Positions 43,014-53,223 of a stretch of DNA of 64,000 bases are shown here, piece by piece. The stretch is taken from positions 53,711 to 117,710 of the forward strand of contig JAHDPO010000044.1 in assembly GCA_018434325.1 (NCBI GenBank). The letters are read 5' to 3'. Origin of the DNA: Clostridia bacterium. GTDB taxonomy: Bacteria > Bacillota > Peptococcia > DRI-13 > UBA5745. How positions within the stretch are numbered: the first letter of the stretch is position 1; every line of letters begins with the position of its first letter. The notes under the pieces are model-generated. The model was not told where the DNA came from. It saw nothing but the letters and a program-made list of their open reading frames with translations, and ran no database searches. A program made the translations under genes and the position numbers.

Positions 43014-43445
43014 ATGCAGCTAAAAATGATGACGGACTATGCGATTCGAATCCTAATCTACATGCAGACAAAAGGGGCGACCGTAACGCGTCAGGAGATT
43101 TCAGCGGCGATGAGGATTACGGAGGGACCTTTAATCATGGCGCTGCGCAGGCTGCGGGATACGGGCTGGATTGAATCCTCCATAGGCTCAGAGGGCGGCT
43201 GGCGGCTGGCCAAAGCGGCGGAGAATTTATCCCTGTTGGATTTGATGAAGATTACGGAGGATACGATACGAATTAATCGCTGTTTAGAAAACGATCAATT
43301 CTGCAGCCGCAACGCAGTGGGCGTCTGTCCCGTGCATGATGTGTATAAACGCTATCAGGAAATAACGGAGGATTATTTTTCCCTCGTTACAATCGGTGAT
43401 CTGATAAAACCGTATCCGGAGAAAGAAGGAAATCAACAAACATGA
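43014..43445 (+). CDS. Rrf2-family regulator with three Cys
   Basis: TDYAIRIL, GSEGGWRL, CLENDQFCSRNAVGVC. Confidence 0.9.
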   Translation: MQLKMMTDYAIRILIYMQTKGATVTRQEISAAMRITEGPLIMALRRLRDTGWIESSIGSEGGWRLAKAAENLSLLDLMKITEDTIRINRCLENDQFCSRNAVGVCPVHDVYKRYQEITEDYFSLVTIGDLIKPYPEKEGNQQT

Positions 43446-46400
43446 AAATAAAAATGATGAAATCAAAAAAAATGATGGCCCTGCTCTTGGCTGTTATGAT
43501 GCTTCTGCCTTTTGGCACCGGCGCCACAGCCAGCTTGCAGGCTTTAAACGCCGAAGGCTCCGCGGTGACCACTCAGAATGCGACGGAGCCAATAGACGCG
43601 GAAGATCAACTTGCCGCCGGCAACGCCGGAGACTCCGAAAAAGCCCTCGAAACGGAAGCGCCTCCTGAAACAGAAGAGCCGGCAGACACGGAAGAGCCGG
43701 CAGATACAAACGAATCGACAGACACGGAGGAGCCTGATGAGGCGCTGGCGGCGAATCCGGTGGCCGCAGAAGAAGCATTCGGCCTGTTGGGCATCGGCGG
43801 GCCTGTGCCCGCTACCTTTGAGCTGCAGTGGACCAGCCCTGCAGCCGCCGGCCGCACCTATGACAGTAACGGCGTATGCCAGCTGACGCCGGATTACAAC
43901 AGCGCCGCTACCGCCGTCGGCACCATCGCCCAGTGCACCGTCACCTTTGCCCTCGGCGGCGACACCCCAGCGCAGCCCGGCGAAGTGGAAATCCGCCTGC
44001 CCCAGTATGTGTTCCAAGACCGGAATGGAAATTTCCAAGGGACATTGAAGATGGGTGTCTCCGATAAGGAGGAGGGCGTCACTGATTTTTACTACTACCT
44101 GGATACCGCCAAACAAGAGATCGTCATCATTAATTACGCCGTTATCGAACCGGCCTCTGTCTTTAAGTGCGACGTGGAGTATCGGAGCAACGGCGAGGCT
44201 TCCATGCTGCCCTCCAAGATCAAGGACAAGTACCGTCATGAATTTGACGCCAAAGCGACCATCGCCCTGGGCGATAATGAACCCGTAACGGCCTCTACCG
44301 GCGCTATCGCCCTGCAGCATAACACCAGGGCCAGTTTGGGGACCCTTACCAAAAGCACGGTTTCGAATCTGCCGGTCAAGTATGAACTCTGGCAGAGCAC
44401 ATGGGGAGCCCGGCCGGCCGATGCGGACGACTACTTCTATGTTGTGTGGACCGTCATGCAGAGTCTCAACGCAAGCACTCAACCTTATAGCGTCAGCTTT
44501 ACCGATACTCCCGATGCAAACGGGGCGGTGGTTGGCGTCGGCACGTCCAAAAGCTTGCCAAACTGTGCAGGCGTCACCTCCATCCCTTTTATTTACAATA
44601 TCCCCTCCGCCAGCGGCAGCATCAGCCTTTATGTGCTGACCCGGCACCCCCGCACGGCTCTTGATCAGGGCGCAAAGGCCTTCACCAACAATATCCAGGC
44701 CACCTTGACCGGTGTGGATGGGGCGACGGACACAAAAAATGCACAGGCTTCTTATACCTATGTGGGCAAGGGTTTTCAATATCCCGGAAATAACTATAAC
44801 ATTTATAAGACCTATATCAACGGACATTCCTACCGCAGTTGGATCAACAAGCTTGAGGCCGGCCAGACGGCCGATATTGAAAACTTTTCACCGTATACCA
44901 TCACGACCGGCTGGGACCTGACCCTCGGAGAGGGTGCCGACCCCACTGTCTATGAGAATTACGGAAAGGCGCCCTATACCATTGAGTTGACCGACGACCT
45001 GATGACACTCAATTACGTCCGGCTGCTTGATGGGGACTATGCTTTTACCTCATTTTATCTCACCTTCAGCGAGCTGAACTATGTACAGAACGCTCAGACC
45101 GGCGCCTGGGCCACCGCCAACGACACAAATTATGAAGTATGGAAGCCAGTAACCATCCAGTACCAGACTGGGATAAACGGTTCCTGGCAGACCCTTGGCG
45201 CCGTAAAGCGGACGGGGACCAGCTATACCTTTACCTCTTCCGACGGTGTTTCGGCGGCCCAACCGGTCAGCGCCGCCAGCGAAATTCCCATCCCCGCCGG
45301 GGCCACCGGTGTGCGGGCCCTGCATGACACGACCTATTATAGTACGCAGATCAACCTTTACCTCAGAACAGTGCTCTATCCAAGTATGCACCTGCTCTCT
45401 CTGCTGGAGGGGTTGGCTGCCGTTGATATTTGGAACGTAGACACCCTGCGGGTGTTTGATGCGCAAGGCAACTGGGTCAATGAGCAAAGCAGCGTCAATC
45501 TCAACGCCACCATTACTGCCAATGCCAAAACCAAACTTCTTCCCGTGATCAGGGCCCGGGATCAGGGCCTTTTTACGCAGCACTCCGCGGCCCTTAAAAC
45601 AATTACAAGAGCCGCTAACAGCACCATTATGGAAAAGTCCGCCGCCTATACCAACGATGTTGACAACGGCTGGGTCAAAACCCGATATAAAGCTACGCTG
45701 AGAGAAACGTTCAGCAATAGCGGCTCCGGCTGGACCCTTGAGGAAGTTTTGGATTGGGGTTTCCTGACGGTGCAGACCGAGGGAACCTTCTATGACCTGC
45801 TCCCTTCCGGCATGAACGTGGACGCCGCCTCCCTCAAGGTTTGGACTTTCCGGGGCGTAACAAATATGGATACCCCTTCTTGTGACCAGTATCGCTGCGG
45901 GCACACGATTGATCTTGTGCCAAACTGGAGGGGCAGCGGCCGGACCATGATGATCATCCATGTGACGGCGCCCACCGACGCGGTCAATGTCTACAAGCAC
46001 ATGAACAGCTATGAGAGCGGCTTTCATCTGCAATATGATGCCTATTATCCCTGGGACAGCATCGTCGACTTCGGCATGTCCCCCCGCAACAGCATCGCCT
46101 ATAAATCCGGCGTAGGGGCCTTGGGCAACGGATACCCCGACAATGGCGGAGGAATTGTCGACAGGCTTCTCATGGCGGATCTGGACGGCGACGGAAACCC
46201 TGCGGGTACGCTGAGCGATACGGTTTACGGACAGATTGCCACAGCCTTTACCTTCCCTGTTTCCGCGGAGCTATCCTTCGCCAAGCGGGTCAAGGCGGCG
46301 GCCGATCCCAAATATGTGCTGGAAACCTCCACCGTGGGCGGCGGAGATTACAGCTACCGCCTGCGCCTTGCTTCACAGAAAAATATGACAACCAAAGGCA

Positions 46401-48370
46401 TCATCCTCTATGACGTGCTGGAGGCTTACAATCCGGATAACCCCAATCGCTGGAGCGGCGCCCTCAAAGGTGTGGACGTCAGCCAGCCCCTTGGCAAGGG
46501 CGTGAAGGTGGTGACATACTATTCCACCCAACCGGGGCTGGACATAGCCAATGCTGCCGGCGACCGTGACCTGACGGCTGCGGCCAAATGGTCCTCCACG
46601 CCCCCTGGTGATCTTTCCACGGTAACTGCTCTGGCCTTTGACCTGCGCACGGCAACCAACGGGCAGCCCTATGTACTTCCGTCCGAACAGACCCTTTCGG
46701 TAGTCATCCACATGAATGCGCCGATGGAGAACATAAAGGCCCTTGAAACGGCGGATGCCCGCGCCTACAACAGCTCTTGGTTTGCGGGGACCACCACCTC
46801 CATTTCCTCAAGTGATTCCAACGATAATCTGCTGGAAACCCAAAATACGGCGGTGGGCATCCGGGGACCGGAGCTGGAGCTCCATAAAAAATCCGACCCC
46901 CTAAGCGGTACGGACGCAGCCCCTGCGGAGGTAGGCGAGAGCGACGGTCTTGTATACGATGTTTATGTGACCAACAAGGAAACAGCTTTATCCATAGAGG
47001 CTATCAAAATCGTGGATACTATTCCCACGGGGCTGACCATCGATTTTGAAAATATCAAATGGTATGCCGGCTCCGACCCGGCAAACGCTGCCCTGGTGAA
47101 GGGTTCCTCCCAGGTGACAGCCAGCCGCGACGAGCAGATACTGACCTTCACGGTGGATAGGCTGGCGGCTGGTGAGACCATCCATTTCCTGATCCCCACA
47201 ACGGTAGACGAGAATGGCAAAACTATGCAGTATGCGAATACAGCCGAGATTACGGAAATCGGCGGCGCAGCCTATGTGCTGGAAAGTGAAACTACCTACC
47301 ATAAAAAAGCAGGCAAATCCACCGGCGACTTAACGGTAAGCAAGACAGTTTCCGGCAAAGGTGCGGACGCTGCTAAGGACTTCACCTTCACCGTGACTCT
47401 GGGCGATACCGCCATCAGCGGTACATATGGGGATATGGCCTTTGAAAATGGCGCGGCGGCCTTCACTCTCAAGCACGGCGAGGGCAAGACCGCAAGCGGT
47501 CTGCCTGCGGGCATTGCCTATACCGTTGCGGAAAGCGGCAACGACGGGTATACCGTCACTGTAAACAGAGGCAGCGAAGCCGAAGCCACTGGTGCGATCC
47601 TTGAAAATGAAACGGTTGCCGCCGCCTTCAACAACGATAAGCCCGACTCTTCCGGCCCCGGAAATCCCGACCCTGACCCCGCCTCAGTGAGCCTCACCGC
47701 CCAAAAAACGCTGGACGGCGCCGCTCCGGAGGGAAAGACCTTTTCCTTCTACTTGAAGGATAAAGGCGGAAATATTCTTCAATCCAAGCAAAACAGCAGC
47801 GACGGAACCGTCAGCTTCGATACCCTCTCCTTCAACCGTGTTGGAACCTATACTTATACACTGGCAGAAGCCGCCGGCGCTGATTCCACCATTACCTATG
47901 ACACCGCCGTCTATACCATCACGGTCAAGGTGAGCTTGCAGGGTAATGCATTGGAGGCAGACCTAAGCTATCTCAAAAATGACGTAGATCATACCGGCAC
48001 TTTAACCTTCGCTAATACCACTGTGTCAACTACGCCCCCGAACCCCGAAGGCCCCGGTAACCCCGACGGCCCCGGCGAGTCCGGCACACCTGACGAACCC
48101 GGCACACCTGACGAACCCGACGAGCCCGGCGAGCCCAGTAATCCTGACCAACCCGGCACATTAGAGATTGAAGATCCCGACTTGCCGTCCGGCGGAAGGC
48201 CCGGCAATCCCACAGATCCACAAAGGCCTATTGATCCCGGCGTTCCCAAAACCGGCGATAATTCCAGTAACGGGCTGCTGACTGCACTCATGGTCCTCTC
48301 CCTGCTTGGCATGGGCCTTACCGGACTGCTATTGAGCGGATCAGGCAAGCCCAAAACCGAGCAAAGGTAA
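43442..48370 (+). CDS. 1642-aa cell-wall-anchored surface protein (DUF11-like, Ig-like and FctA/Spy0128-like domains)
   Basis: Signal peptide, TEEPAD repeats, Pro-rich stalk, VPKTG + TM + basic tail. Confidence 0.9.
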   Translation: MKIKMMKSKKMMALLLAVMMLLPFGTGATASLQALNAEGSAVTTQNATEPIDAEDQLAAGNAGDSEKALETEAPPETEEPADTEEPADTNESTDTEEPDEALAANPVAAEEAFGLLGIGGPVPATFELQWTSPAAAGRTYDSNGVCQLTPDYNSAATAVGTIAQCTVTFALGGDTPAQPGEVEIRLPQYVFQDRNGNFQGTLKMGVSDKEEGVTDFYYYLDTAKQEIVIINYAVIEPASVFKCDVEYRSNGEASMLPSKIKDKYRHEFDAKATIALGDNEPVTASTGAIALQHNTRASLGTLTKSTVSNLPVKYELWQSTWGARPADADDYFYVVWTVMQSLNASTQPYSVSFTDTPDANGAVVGVGTSKSLPNCAGVTSIPFIYNIPSASGSISLYVLTRHPRTALDQGAKAFTNNIQATLTGVDGATDTKNAQASYTYVGKGFQYPGNNYNIYKTYINGHSYRSWINKLEAGQTADIENFSPYTITTGWDLTLGEGADPTVYENYGKAPYTIELTDDLMTLNYVRLLDGDYAFTSFYLTFSELNYVQNAQTGAWATANDTNYEVWKPVTIQYQTGINGSWQTLGAVKRTGTSYTFTSSDGVSAAQPVSAASEIPIPAGATGVRALHDTTYYSTQINLYLRTVLYPSMHLLSLLEGLAAVDIWNVDTLRVFDAQGNWVNEQSSVNLNATITANAKTKLLPVIRARDQGLFTQHSAALKTITRAANSTIMEKSAAYTNDVDNGWVKTRYKATLRETFSNSGSGWTLEEVLDWGFLTVQTEGTFYDLLPSGMNVDAASLKVWTFRGVTNMDTPSCDQYRCGHTIDLVPNWRGSGRTMMIIHVTAPTDAVNVYKHMNSYESGFHLQYDAYYPWDSIVDFGMSPRNSIAYKSGVGALGNGYPDNGGGIVDRLLMADLDGDGNPAGTLSDTVYGQIATAFTFPVSAELSFAKRVKAAADPKYVLETSTVGGGDYSYRLRLASQKNMTTKGIILYDVLEAYNPDNPNRWSGALKGVDVSQPLGKGVKVVTYYSTQPGLDIANAAGDRDLTAAAKWSSTPPGDLSTVTALAFDLRTATNGQPYVLPSEQTLSVVIHMNAPMENIKALETADARAYNSSWFAGTTTSISSSDSNDNLLETQNTAVGIRGPELELHKKSDPLSGTDAAPAEVGESDGLVYDVYVTNKETALSIEAIKIVDTIPTGLTIDFENIKWYAGSDPANAALVKGSSQVTASRDEQILTFTVDRLAAGETIHFLIPTTVDENGKTMQYANTAEITEIGGAAYVLESETTYHKKAGKSTGDLTVSKTVSGKGADAAKDFTFTVTLGDTAISGTYGDMAFENGAAAFTLKHGEGKTASGLPAGIAYTVAESGNDGYTVTVNRGSEAEATGAILENETVAAAFNNDKPDSSGPGNPDPDPASVSLTAQKTLDGAAPEGKTFSFYLKDKGGNILQSKQNSSDGTVSFDTLSFNRVGTYTYTLAEAAGADSTITYDTAVYTITVKVSLQGNALEADLSYLKNDVDHTGTLTFANTTVSTTPPNPEGPGNPDGPGESGTPDEPGTPDEPDEPGEPSNPDQPGTLEIEDPDLPSGGRPGNPTDPQRPIDPGVPKTGDNSSNGLLTALMVLSLLGMGLTGLLLSGSGKPKTEQR

Positions 48371-48393
48371 ACCCCAAAGGGGCAGACGAAAAA

Positions 48394-48532
48394 TGAGCAA
48401 AATTGCAAGTTTAAAGTGTCCAAATATTATTGTTGGCTGTATTAGGCTGTATTTGCCTTTATTTAGTGTCGCGCTCAGACGTCAACCGCTATTTTTGAGG
48501 AGCAGCGCACTTTAAACCTGCAATTTTGCGCA
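48394..48532. repeat. MITE/REP-like family B, copy 2
   Basis: Same IR as 27334 copy; interior is its reverse complement. Confidence 0.85.
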
Positions 48533-48560
48533 AAGTGATCTAGCGCAAAAAAAGAACAAC

Positions 48561-48605
48561 AAGGAGCTATCTCAATTTTTGAAAACCAATTTGAGACAGC
48601 CCCTT
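48561..48605. repeat. palindrome related to 9315-9340
   Basis: AAGGAGCTATCTCAA...TTGAGACAGCCCCTT. Confidence 0.55.
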
Positions 48606-48627
48606 TAACATTATCGGAGAATTCAAG

Positions 48628-49452
48628 ATGATGGGAAAAACCCTTTGGGAAAAAATACGAAATCAAAAACAAATTATTGGGGGCGTGCTGTCCATCGGAT
48701 TTGCGGCGGTATTTCTCTGCTCAACCTATCTTCTGCTTTCCAGCAAGCTGGCTGAAAAGCGTGAGGAGACGGCTTTCGACCAGTTGATCGAACAGATTTA
48801 TGCAGACTCCGGCGATGAGACCACGGCGATTGCGCCCTCGGCTCAGGAGGGCCTGGCTGAGAAGGAAGCGGATACCGAGAATAAATATCAGGCACTTTTT
48901 GAAAAAAATAGAGACTTTGCCGGCTGGCTTTGTATAAATGACACAAAGATCAACTATCCCGTGATGCGCTCGCCCGACGACGACCCTGAATACTACCTGC
49001 ACCGGGCATTTGACGGCAGCAAATCGAAAAGCGGCATCCCTTTCCTGGGTAAAGGCTCCCCCCCTGATGCCAATAACATCCTGGTCTACGGCCACAACAT
49101 GAAAAACGGTACGATGTTTGCGGACCTTCTCCAATATGCGGACGCGGACTTTGCCGCGACGCATTCCGTCATCCGTTTTGATACCCTTACGGCAGAGGCA
49201 GCATACGAGCTTGTGGCAGCCTTTTATTCCCGGGTCTATGCCGTAGATGAATCCGGCGTTTTCCGCTACTACAACTATGGCGGCGAGCTGGATGAGGATA
49301 CTTTTACGCAATACATTGAAAATGTTCGCCAATCCGCGCTCTACGATACGGGCATAAGCCCATCCTATGGGGATAAGCTGCTCACCCTTTCCACCTGCTC
49401 CTATCATACGGGCGACGGCCGATTTGTCGTGGTTGCACGGAAGGTTCGGTAG
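48628..49452 (+). CDS. srtB: class B sortase
   Basis: INYPV, YGHNMKNGTMF, TLSTC, RFVV. Confidence 0.93.
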   Translation: MMGKTLWEKIRNQKQIIGGVLSIGFAAVFLCSTYLLLSSKLAEKREETAFDQLIEQIYADSGDETTAIAPSAQEGLAEKEADTENKYQALFEKNRDFAGWLCINDTKINYPVMRSPDDDPEYYLHRAFDGSKSKSGIPFLGKGSPPDANNILVYGHNMKNGTMFADLLQYADADFAATHSVIRFDTLTAEAAYELVAAFYSRVYAVDESGVFRYYNYGGELDEDTFTQYIENVRQSALYDTGISPSYGDKLLTLSTCSYHTGDGRFVVVARKVR

Positions 49453-49495
49453 TCAATCCGGCAAGCTCCGGTATTTTCTATATCTCTGTTTTCTG

Positions 49496-50581
49496 CTATA
49501 CCACCGCTAATTCCTTCGGCGCTTTGTTTAAGACCTCCACGCCGGTTGCCGTCACCAAAACTAAATCCTCTATCCGCACCCCGAAGCGGCCCGGCAGATA
49601 AATGCCCGGTTCAATGGAAAAAACCATGCCCGGCTGGGCGACGGCCTCCGAAGCCGCGCTGCAATCCGGCGGTTCGTGGCAATCGATGCCGCAGCCGTGG
49701 CCCAGGCGGTGGATAAAGTAAGGTCCGTAACCGGCAGCCTCGATGACTTTGCGGGCCGCCCCATCAATATCCCTAAGAGGCACACCGGGCTTCACCGCAG
49801 CAATTCCTGCCAAATTGGCAGCCTTTACCGCCTTGTAGACCTGCTGCTGCTCCTCACTGGCCTCCTGATAAAATACGGTTCTCGTCATGTCACACCAATA
49901 TCGGGATATCGGCGTAAAAATATCCAGCAGCACCGAGTCCCCCCGCTGCAATCGGCGATTCACCGGCTCATGATGGGGGTCGGCGCCGTTTTCACCGAAA
50001 CAGACTAAAGCGGCGCCGCTGCCGAAATCCGCCCCCCGCTGCCGGTAGCGCTCCATAATATAAGCGGCTAATTCGCTTTCGGTGATATCTTCTCTGATGG
50101 CTGCCAGGGCCAGCTCCATCACCTGATCGTTGATTTGAGAAGCCTGCCTCATGAGGCTGATTTCCTTTTCGTCCTTTTGCATCCGGGCTAAGTCCACAGG
50201 CTCCGAACCCAGGCAGCAGCGGACATCTTTCCTGGTCTCCATCAGGGGCAGCAGATATCTGGCAGCCCAGGATTTATCTACCCCCAGCTGTCCCGCTTTA
50301 ATCGTCCGGGCCAGGCCGGCGATGGCATTGTCACTATCTTTATGGGTCGCTATCTGTATATCTGAGCCGCTATCCTGGCCGGCCAACAATTGCTCCAGGC
50401 AAAACAGCTCATTGCCGAACAAAAAAGCTTCTTCCTCATTAAGATACAGAGCCAGCATCCGTTCATGGGGATTCACATAACAGCTGGTAAGATAATATAC
50501 TGATGAGGGGTTAGTCACAACAATCTGCCTCAAACCGGCTTTCTCCATATGCTGCCTTACCTTATTAATCCGTTCCTTCAT
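49496..50581 (-). CDS. Xaa-Pro dipeptidase (M24)
   Basis: DMTRT, HRLGHG, SIEPGIY, GVRIED. Confidence 0.93.
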   Translation of the reverse strand: MKERINKVRQHMEKAGLRQIVVTNPSSVYYLTSCYVNPHERMLALYLNEEEAFLFGNELFCLEQLLAGQDSGSDIQIATHKDSDNAIAGLARTIKAGQLGVDKSWAARYLLPLMETRKDVRCCLGSEPVDLARMQKDEKEISLMRQASQINDQVMELALAAIREDITESELAAYIMERYRQRGADFGSGAALVCFGENGADPHHEPVNRRLQRGDSVLLDIFTPISRYWCDMTRTVFYQEASEEQQQVYKAVKAANLAGIAAVKPGVPLRDIDGAARKVIEAAGYGPYFIHRLGHGCGIDCHEPPDCSAASEAVAQPGMVFSIEPGIYLPGRFGVRIEDLVLVTATGVEVLNKAPKELAVV

Positions 50582-50724
50582 GGCTTTGCTCCTCTTTCAG
50601 CTTTCTATTATTCTTGATTATATCATTTTTTAACGAAAAAAGACGGGATTTCCTTGATTGCAAAGGGAATTCCGCCTTTTTGTTTACACTTTTGTTTTAC
50701 CGCTTTATTTTCACCGGCGCCTTC

Positions 50725-53073
50725 TTACGCTATATTTCTTTTGCCCACCCGGGCCACCTGCACGCACATATCGTCCCGGCCGCCTTCGTCCTTGCCGTTT
50801 TTAGCCAGATAAAGCAGATACTCGGCAATTTTGCCCGGCTCTTCCATGGCCAGCTGGCGCATCAGCTCCTCCAGCCAATTGCCCCGGCCCTCCAGGCCCT
50901 CCAAAGCCTCCCAGGCGCCGTCGCTCATGGTCACCACCACATCCTGAGGATAAAGCACCTTGACGAAGCTTTGAGGCTCCAGCTGATCCAATATCCCTGC
51001 CGGCGGCACGCCGGCGGTAATTACCTGGAAATCTCCTTTCGTCCAGATCAGAGAAGGAGCTCCGCCGGCCTTGATGAATTCCGCCCGGCCGCTGACCTGG
51101 TTAATGATCACCAGATCCAAGGTGGCAAAGCTGTCCTGGTTATTGCGCAAAACCATGGCCGTATTGACGGTTTTTACCGCCATTTTAGCCGATAAGCCGG
51201 TGCGCAGAAAACGCTCCAGCAGCCGCAGGGCCAAATCACTTTCACTGTGGGCTCCCGGGCCGCTGCCCATGCCGTCGCTGACTACCAGAGCCAATTCCCG
51301 GCCCGGCAGCTGCAGGCTGATGGCAGCGTCGCCGGATACGGTCTGGCCTTTTTTGGGGCACTGGGCCTTGCCTACCTCCACCTCCAGCACCGCTTTGGGC
51401 GCGATGGCGCAAATACAGGTATTGCCTCCCAAAACGGGACAGCTTAACTCTTTGATTTCATGGGGCAAGCCCAGGCTCTTGTCTGCCAACGGGAGCAGCT
51501 GCTCCCGGCAGCGCTGCCGGTCTTTGCAGGGCTCCTGAATAATTTTGATCTGGCTGCGGTCCTGGCGGCTGTCAATGATGATCCTCTGCACCGGCAGGCC
51601 GTGGGCTTTCAGCTCTTCCTCCAGGACTTCCCGGCTTTCCTGGCAAATCTGACTATCCTCCCCTACCTCTTCTGCCATCTCATGAAGAAGCTGGCCCAGG
51701 CCCGACAGCTGCTGAGCCACCATATTGCGGCTGCCGGAGAGCCGCCGCTCATAGTAGCTCATCATCATGAAACGCTCGACTTCACAACCGATGGTCCCTG
51801 CCAGTTCCCGGCTTCTGGGACAGCGGCGCAAGAGCTCAGCGTCCAAATCTTTTTCGCTGACCGCTCCCTGCTTGTGATAACGGCGCCCGCAATTCAAAAC
51901 AGTGATGCCTGTCTTGATCTTATTTTCCCGCCAGCAAACAGGCCAGACATTGCAGCCTTCACAAACCCGCTTACAGATGCTCTCAATCAGCTGATCCCCC
52001 TCGGGCTCCGGCGCCTTGGCTTCTTCCGTATCCTCCATCAGCTCCTGAATTTCCATGAAGGCTTCGCCCAGGCTGGCCAGCCTTTCCTGGTTAAACATTT
52101 CCGCACCGTCGCTGTCAAAGGTCAGGGATATTTTCTCCTCCTGCCTTTGCAGCAGGGGCCCAATGGGTAAAAGGAGGAAGAAGGCGGCGGCCATTGATGT
52201 TTCCATCAGGCTTTGCAGCAATACCGCCGGTTCGGAAAAATAGAAGGCCAGCATCATATTGCCCAGGAAAAAGCCCACCACCACCCCGGCCCGGCGAAAG
52301 AGGCGAAAACAGCCGCTAAGCAGTCCTGCCGCCGCATAGAAAGTAACGGAGCCCAAGGGCAAATCACCCTGAAATACCGGCAGAAGCCCCATGGCCACAC
52401 CGGCGGCGGCGCCGGCGCCGGGACCGCCCAAATAAGCGGCCCACATCAGCAAATAGCGGCAAAGCATGCTTTGTATACCCAGACCGCAAAAGCTCATGCC
52501 CTCCACGCCCAGCAGCAGTCCCAGAATCAACAGCACGGCGCCGCAGCGGCTTTCATAGCCGGGCTGACGGTGGCTGCGCCATTGGCTGATGCCCTGGGCA
52601 CTGTGCCATAAAGCTACGGCCAGCACGAAGATGAAGATGCTTTCCAGCAGCAGGGCCACCGTTTGATAAATGGTGGCTTGTCCCATCAACAACACCGCTC
52701 CCCGGATCAGGCAATGGAAAGCGGCGGCAAAGGCGGCAGCCAAAAAAGGCTTGTCCTGGTAGCCGCCCATCCGGCACAGGAACAGATAGGCGCATAGAGG
52801 CGGCAAGCTATAGACTGCCGCTTGCTGCCAGTCCATAAATGTAAAAAAACCCACCGCGGCGCCAACGGCCGCCCCCAGGCTCCAGACAGGCCAGGCCAGA
52901 CAAACACCGGCGGCAAAGCCGGTTCCAAAAGGATACAGCTCTTTCAGCAATACTCCCCGGGAAAAAAGCAGTCCGCACAGGAAAGACAGGGCCCAGGGCC
53001 AAAGACTTACGGCCTTTTGCCAGCGCTGCCGCAGATCTTCATTTCTTCCCGGTAATGTCAGGTTTTTCAGCAT
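50725..53073 (-). CDS. spoIIE: stage II sporulation protein E
   Basis: Multi-TM N-terminus, CxxCxxxxxCW, PP2C motifs SGD, SDGMGSG, SDG, DD; synteny. Confidence 0.92.
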   Translation of the reverse strand: MLKNLTLPGRNEDLRQRWQKAVSLWPWALSFLCGLLFSRGVLLKELYPFGTGFAAGVCLAWPVWSLGAAVGAAVGFFTFMDWQQAAVYSLPPLCAYLFLCRMGGYQDKPFLAAAFAAAFHCLIRGAVLLMGQATIYQTVALLLESIFIFVLAVALWHSAQGISQWRSHRQPGYESRCGAVLLILGLLLGVEGMSFCGLGIQSMLCRYLLMWAAYLGGPGAGAAAGVAMGLLPVFQGDLPLGSVTFYAAAGLLSGCFRLFRRAGVVVGFFLGNMMLAFYFSEPAVLLQSLMETSMAAAFFLLLPIGPLLQRQEEKISLTFDSDGAEMFNQERLASLGEAFMEIQELMEDTEEAKAPEPEGDQLIESICKRVCEGCNVWPVCWRENKIKTGITVLNCGRRYHKQGAVSEKDLDAELLRRCPRSRELAGTIGCEVERFMMMSYYERRLSGSRNMVAQQLSGLGQLLHEMAEEVGEDSQICQESREVLEEELKAHGLPVQRIIIDSRQDRSQIKIIQEPCKDRQRCREQLLPLADKSLGLPHEIKELSCPVLGGNTCICAIAPKAVLEVEVGKAQCPKKGQTVSGDAAISLQLPGRELALVVSDGMGSGPGAHSESDLALRLLERFLRTGLSAKMAVKTVNTAMVLRNNQDSFATLDLVIINQVSGRAEFIKAGGAPSLIWTKGDFQVITAGVPPAGILDQLEPQSFVKVLYPQDVVVTMSDGAWEALEGLEGRGNWLEELMRQLAMEEPGKIAEYLLYLAKNGKDEGGRDDMCVQVARVGKRNIA

Positions 53074-53149
53074 GAGCATTCCTCTTTTTTCTGTGGAATA
53101 GAATATGGGCTTTGAGAGCCCATAAAAGAATAAGTATACGTTCACGCTA

Positions 53150-53195
53150 ATTATACCTTTTTTTACTGGAAATTTTTGCCGTTTTATGTCTTGAT
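53150..53195 (-). promoter_or_regulatory. possible Spo0A-dependent spoIIE promoter
   Basis: TATAAT with degenerate reversed 0A-like boxes (AACGGCA, CAAGACA) 21 bp upstream. Confidence 0.4.
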
Positions 53196-53223
53196 TTTTT
53201 AAAAAGTTCCTGCAATTCTCTGC

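Noticed and set aside
43465-43472. A8 tract in the adhesin signal peptide as a phase-variation switch
   Set aside because: Short tract encoding Lys-Lys, with in-frame ATGs directly after; no evidence of slippage
48035-48245. Tandem DNA repeats at the adhesin 3' end
   Set aside because: Ordinary Pro-rich wall-spanning stalk (PGTPDE)
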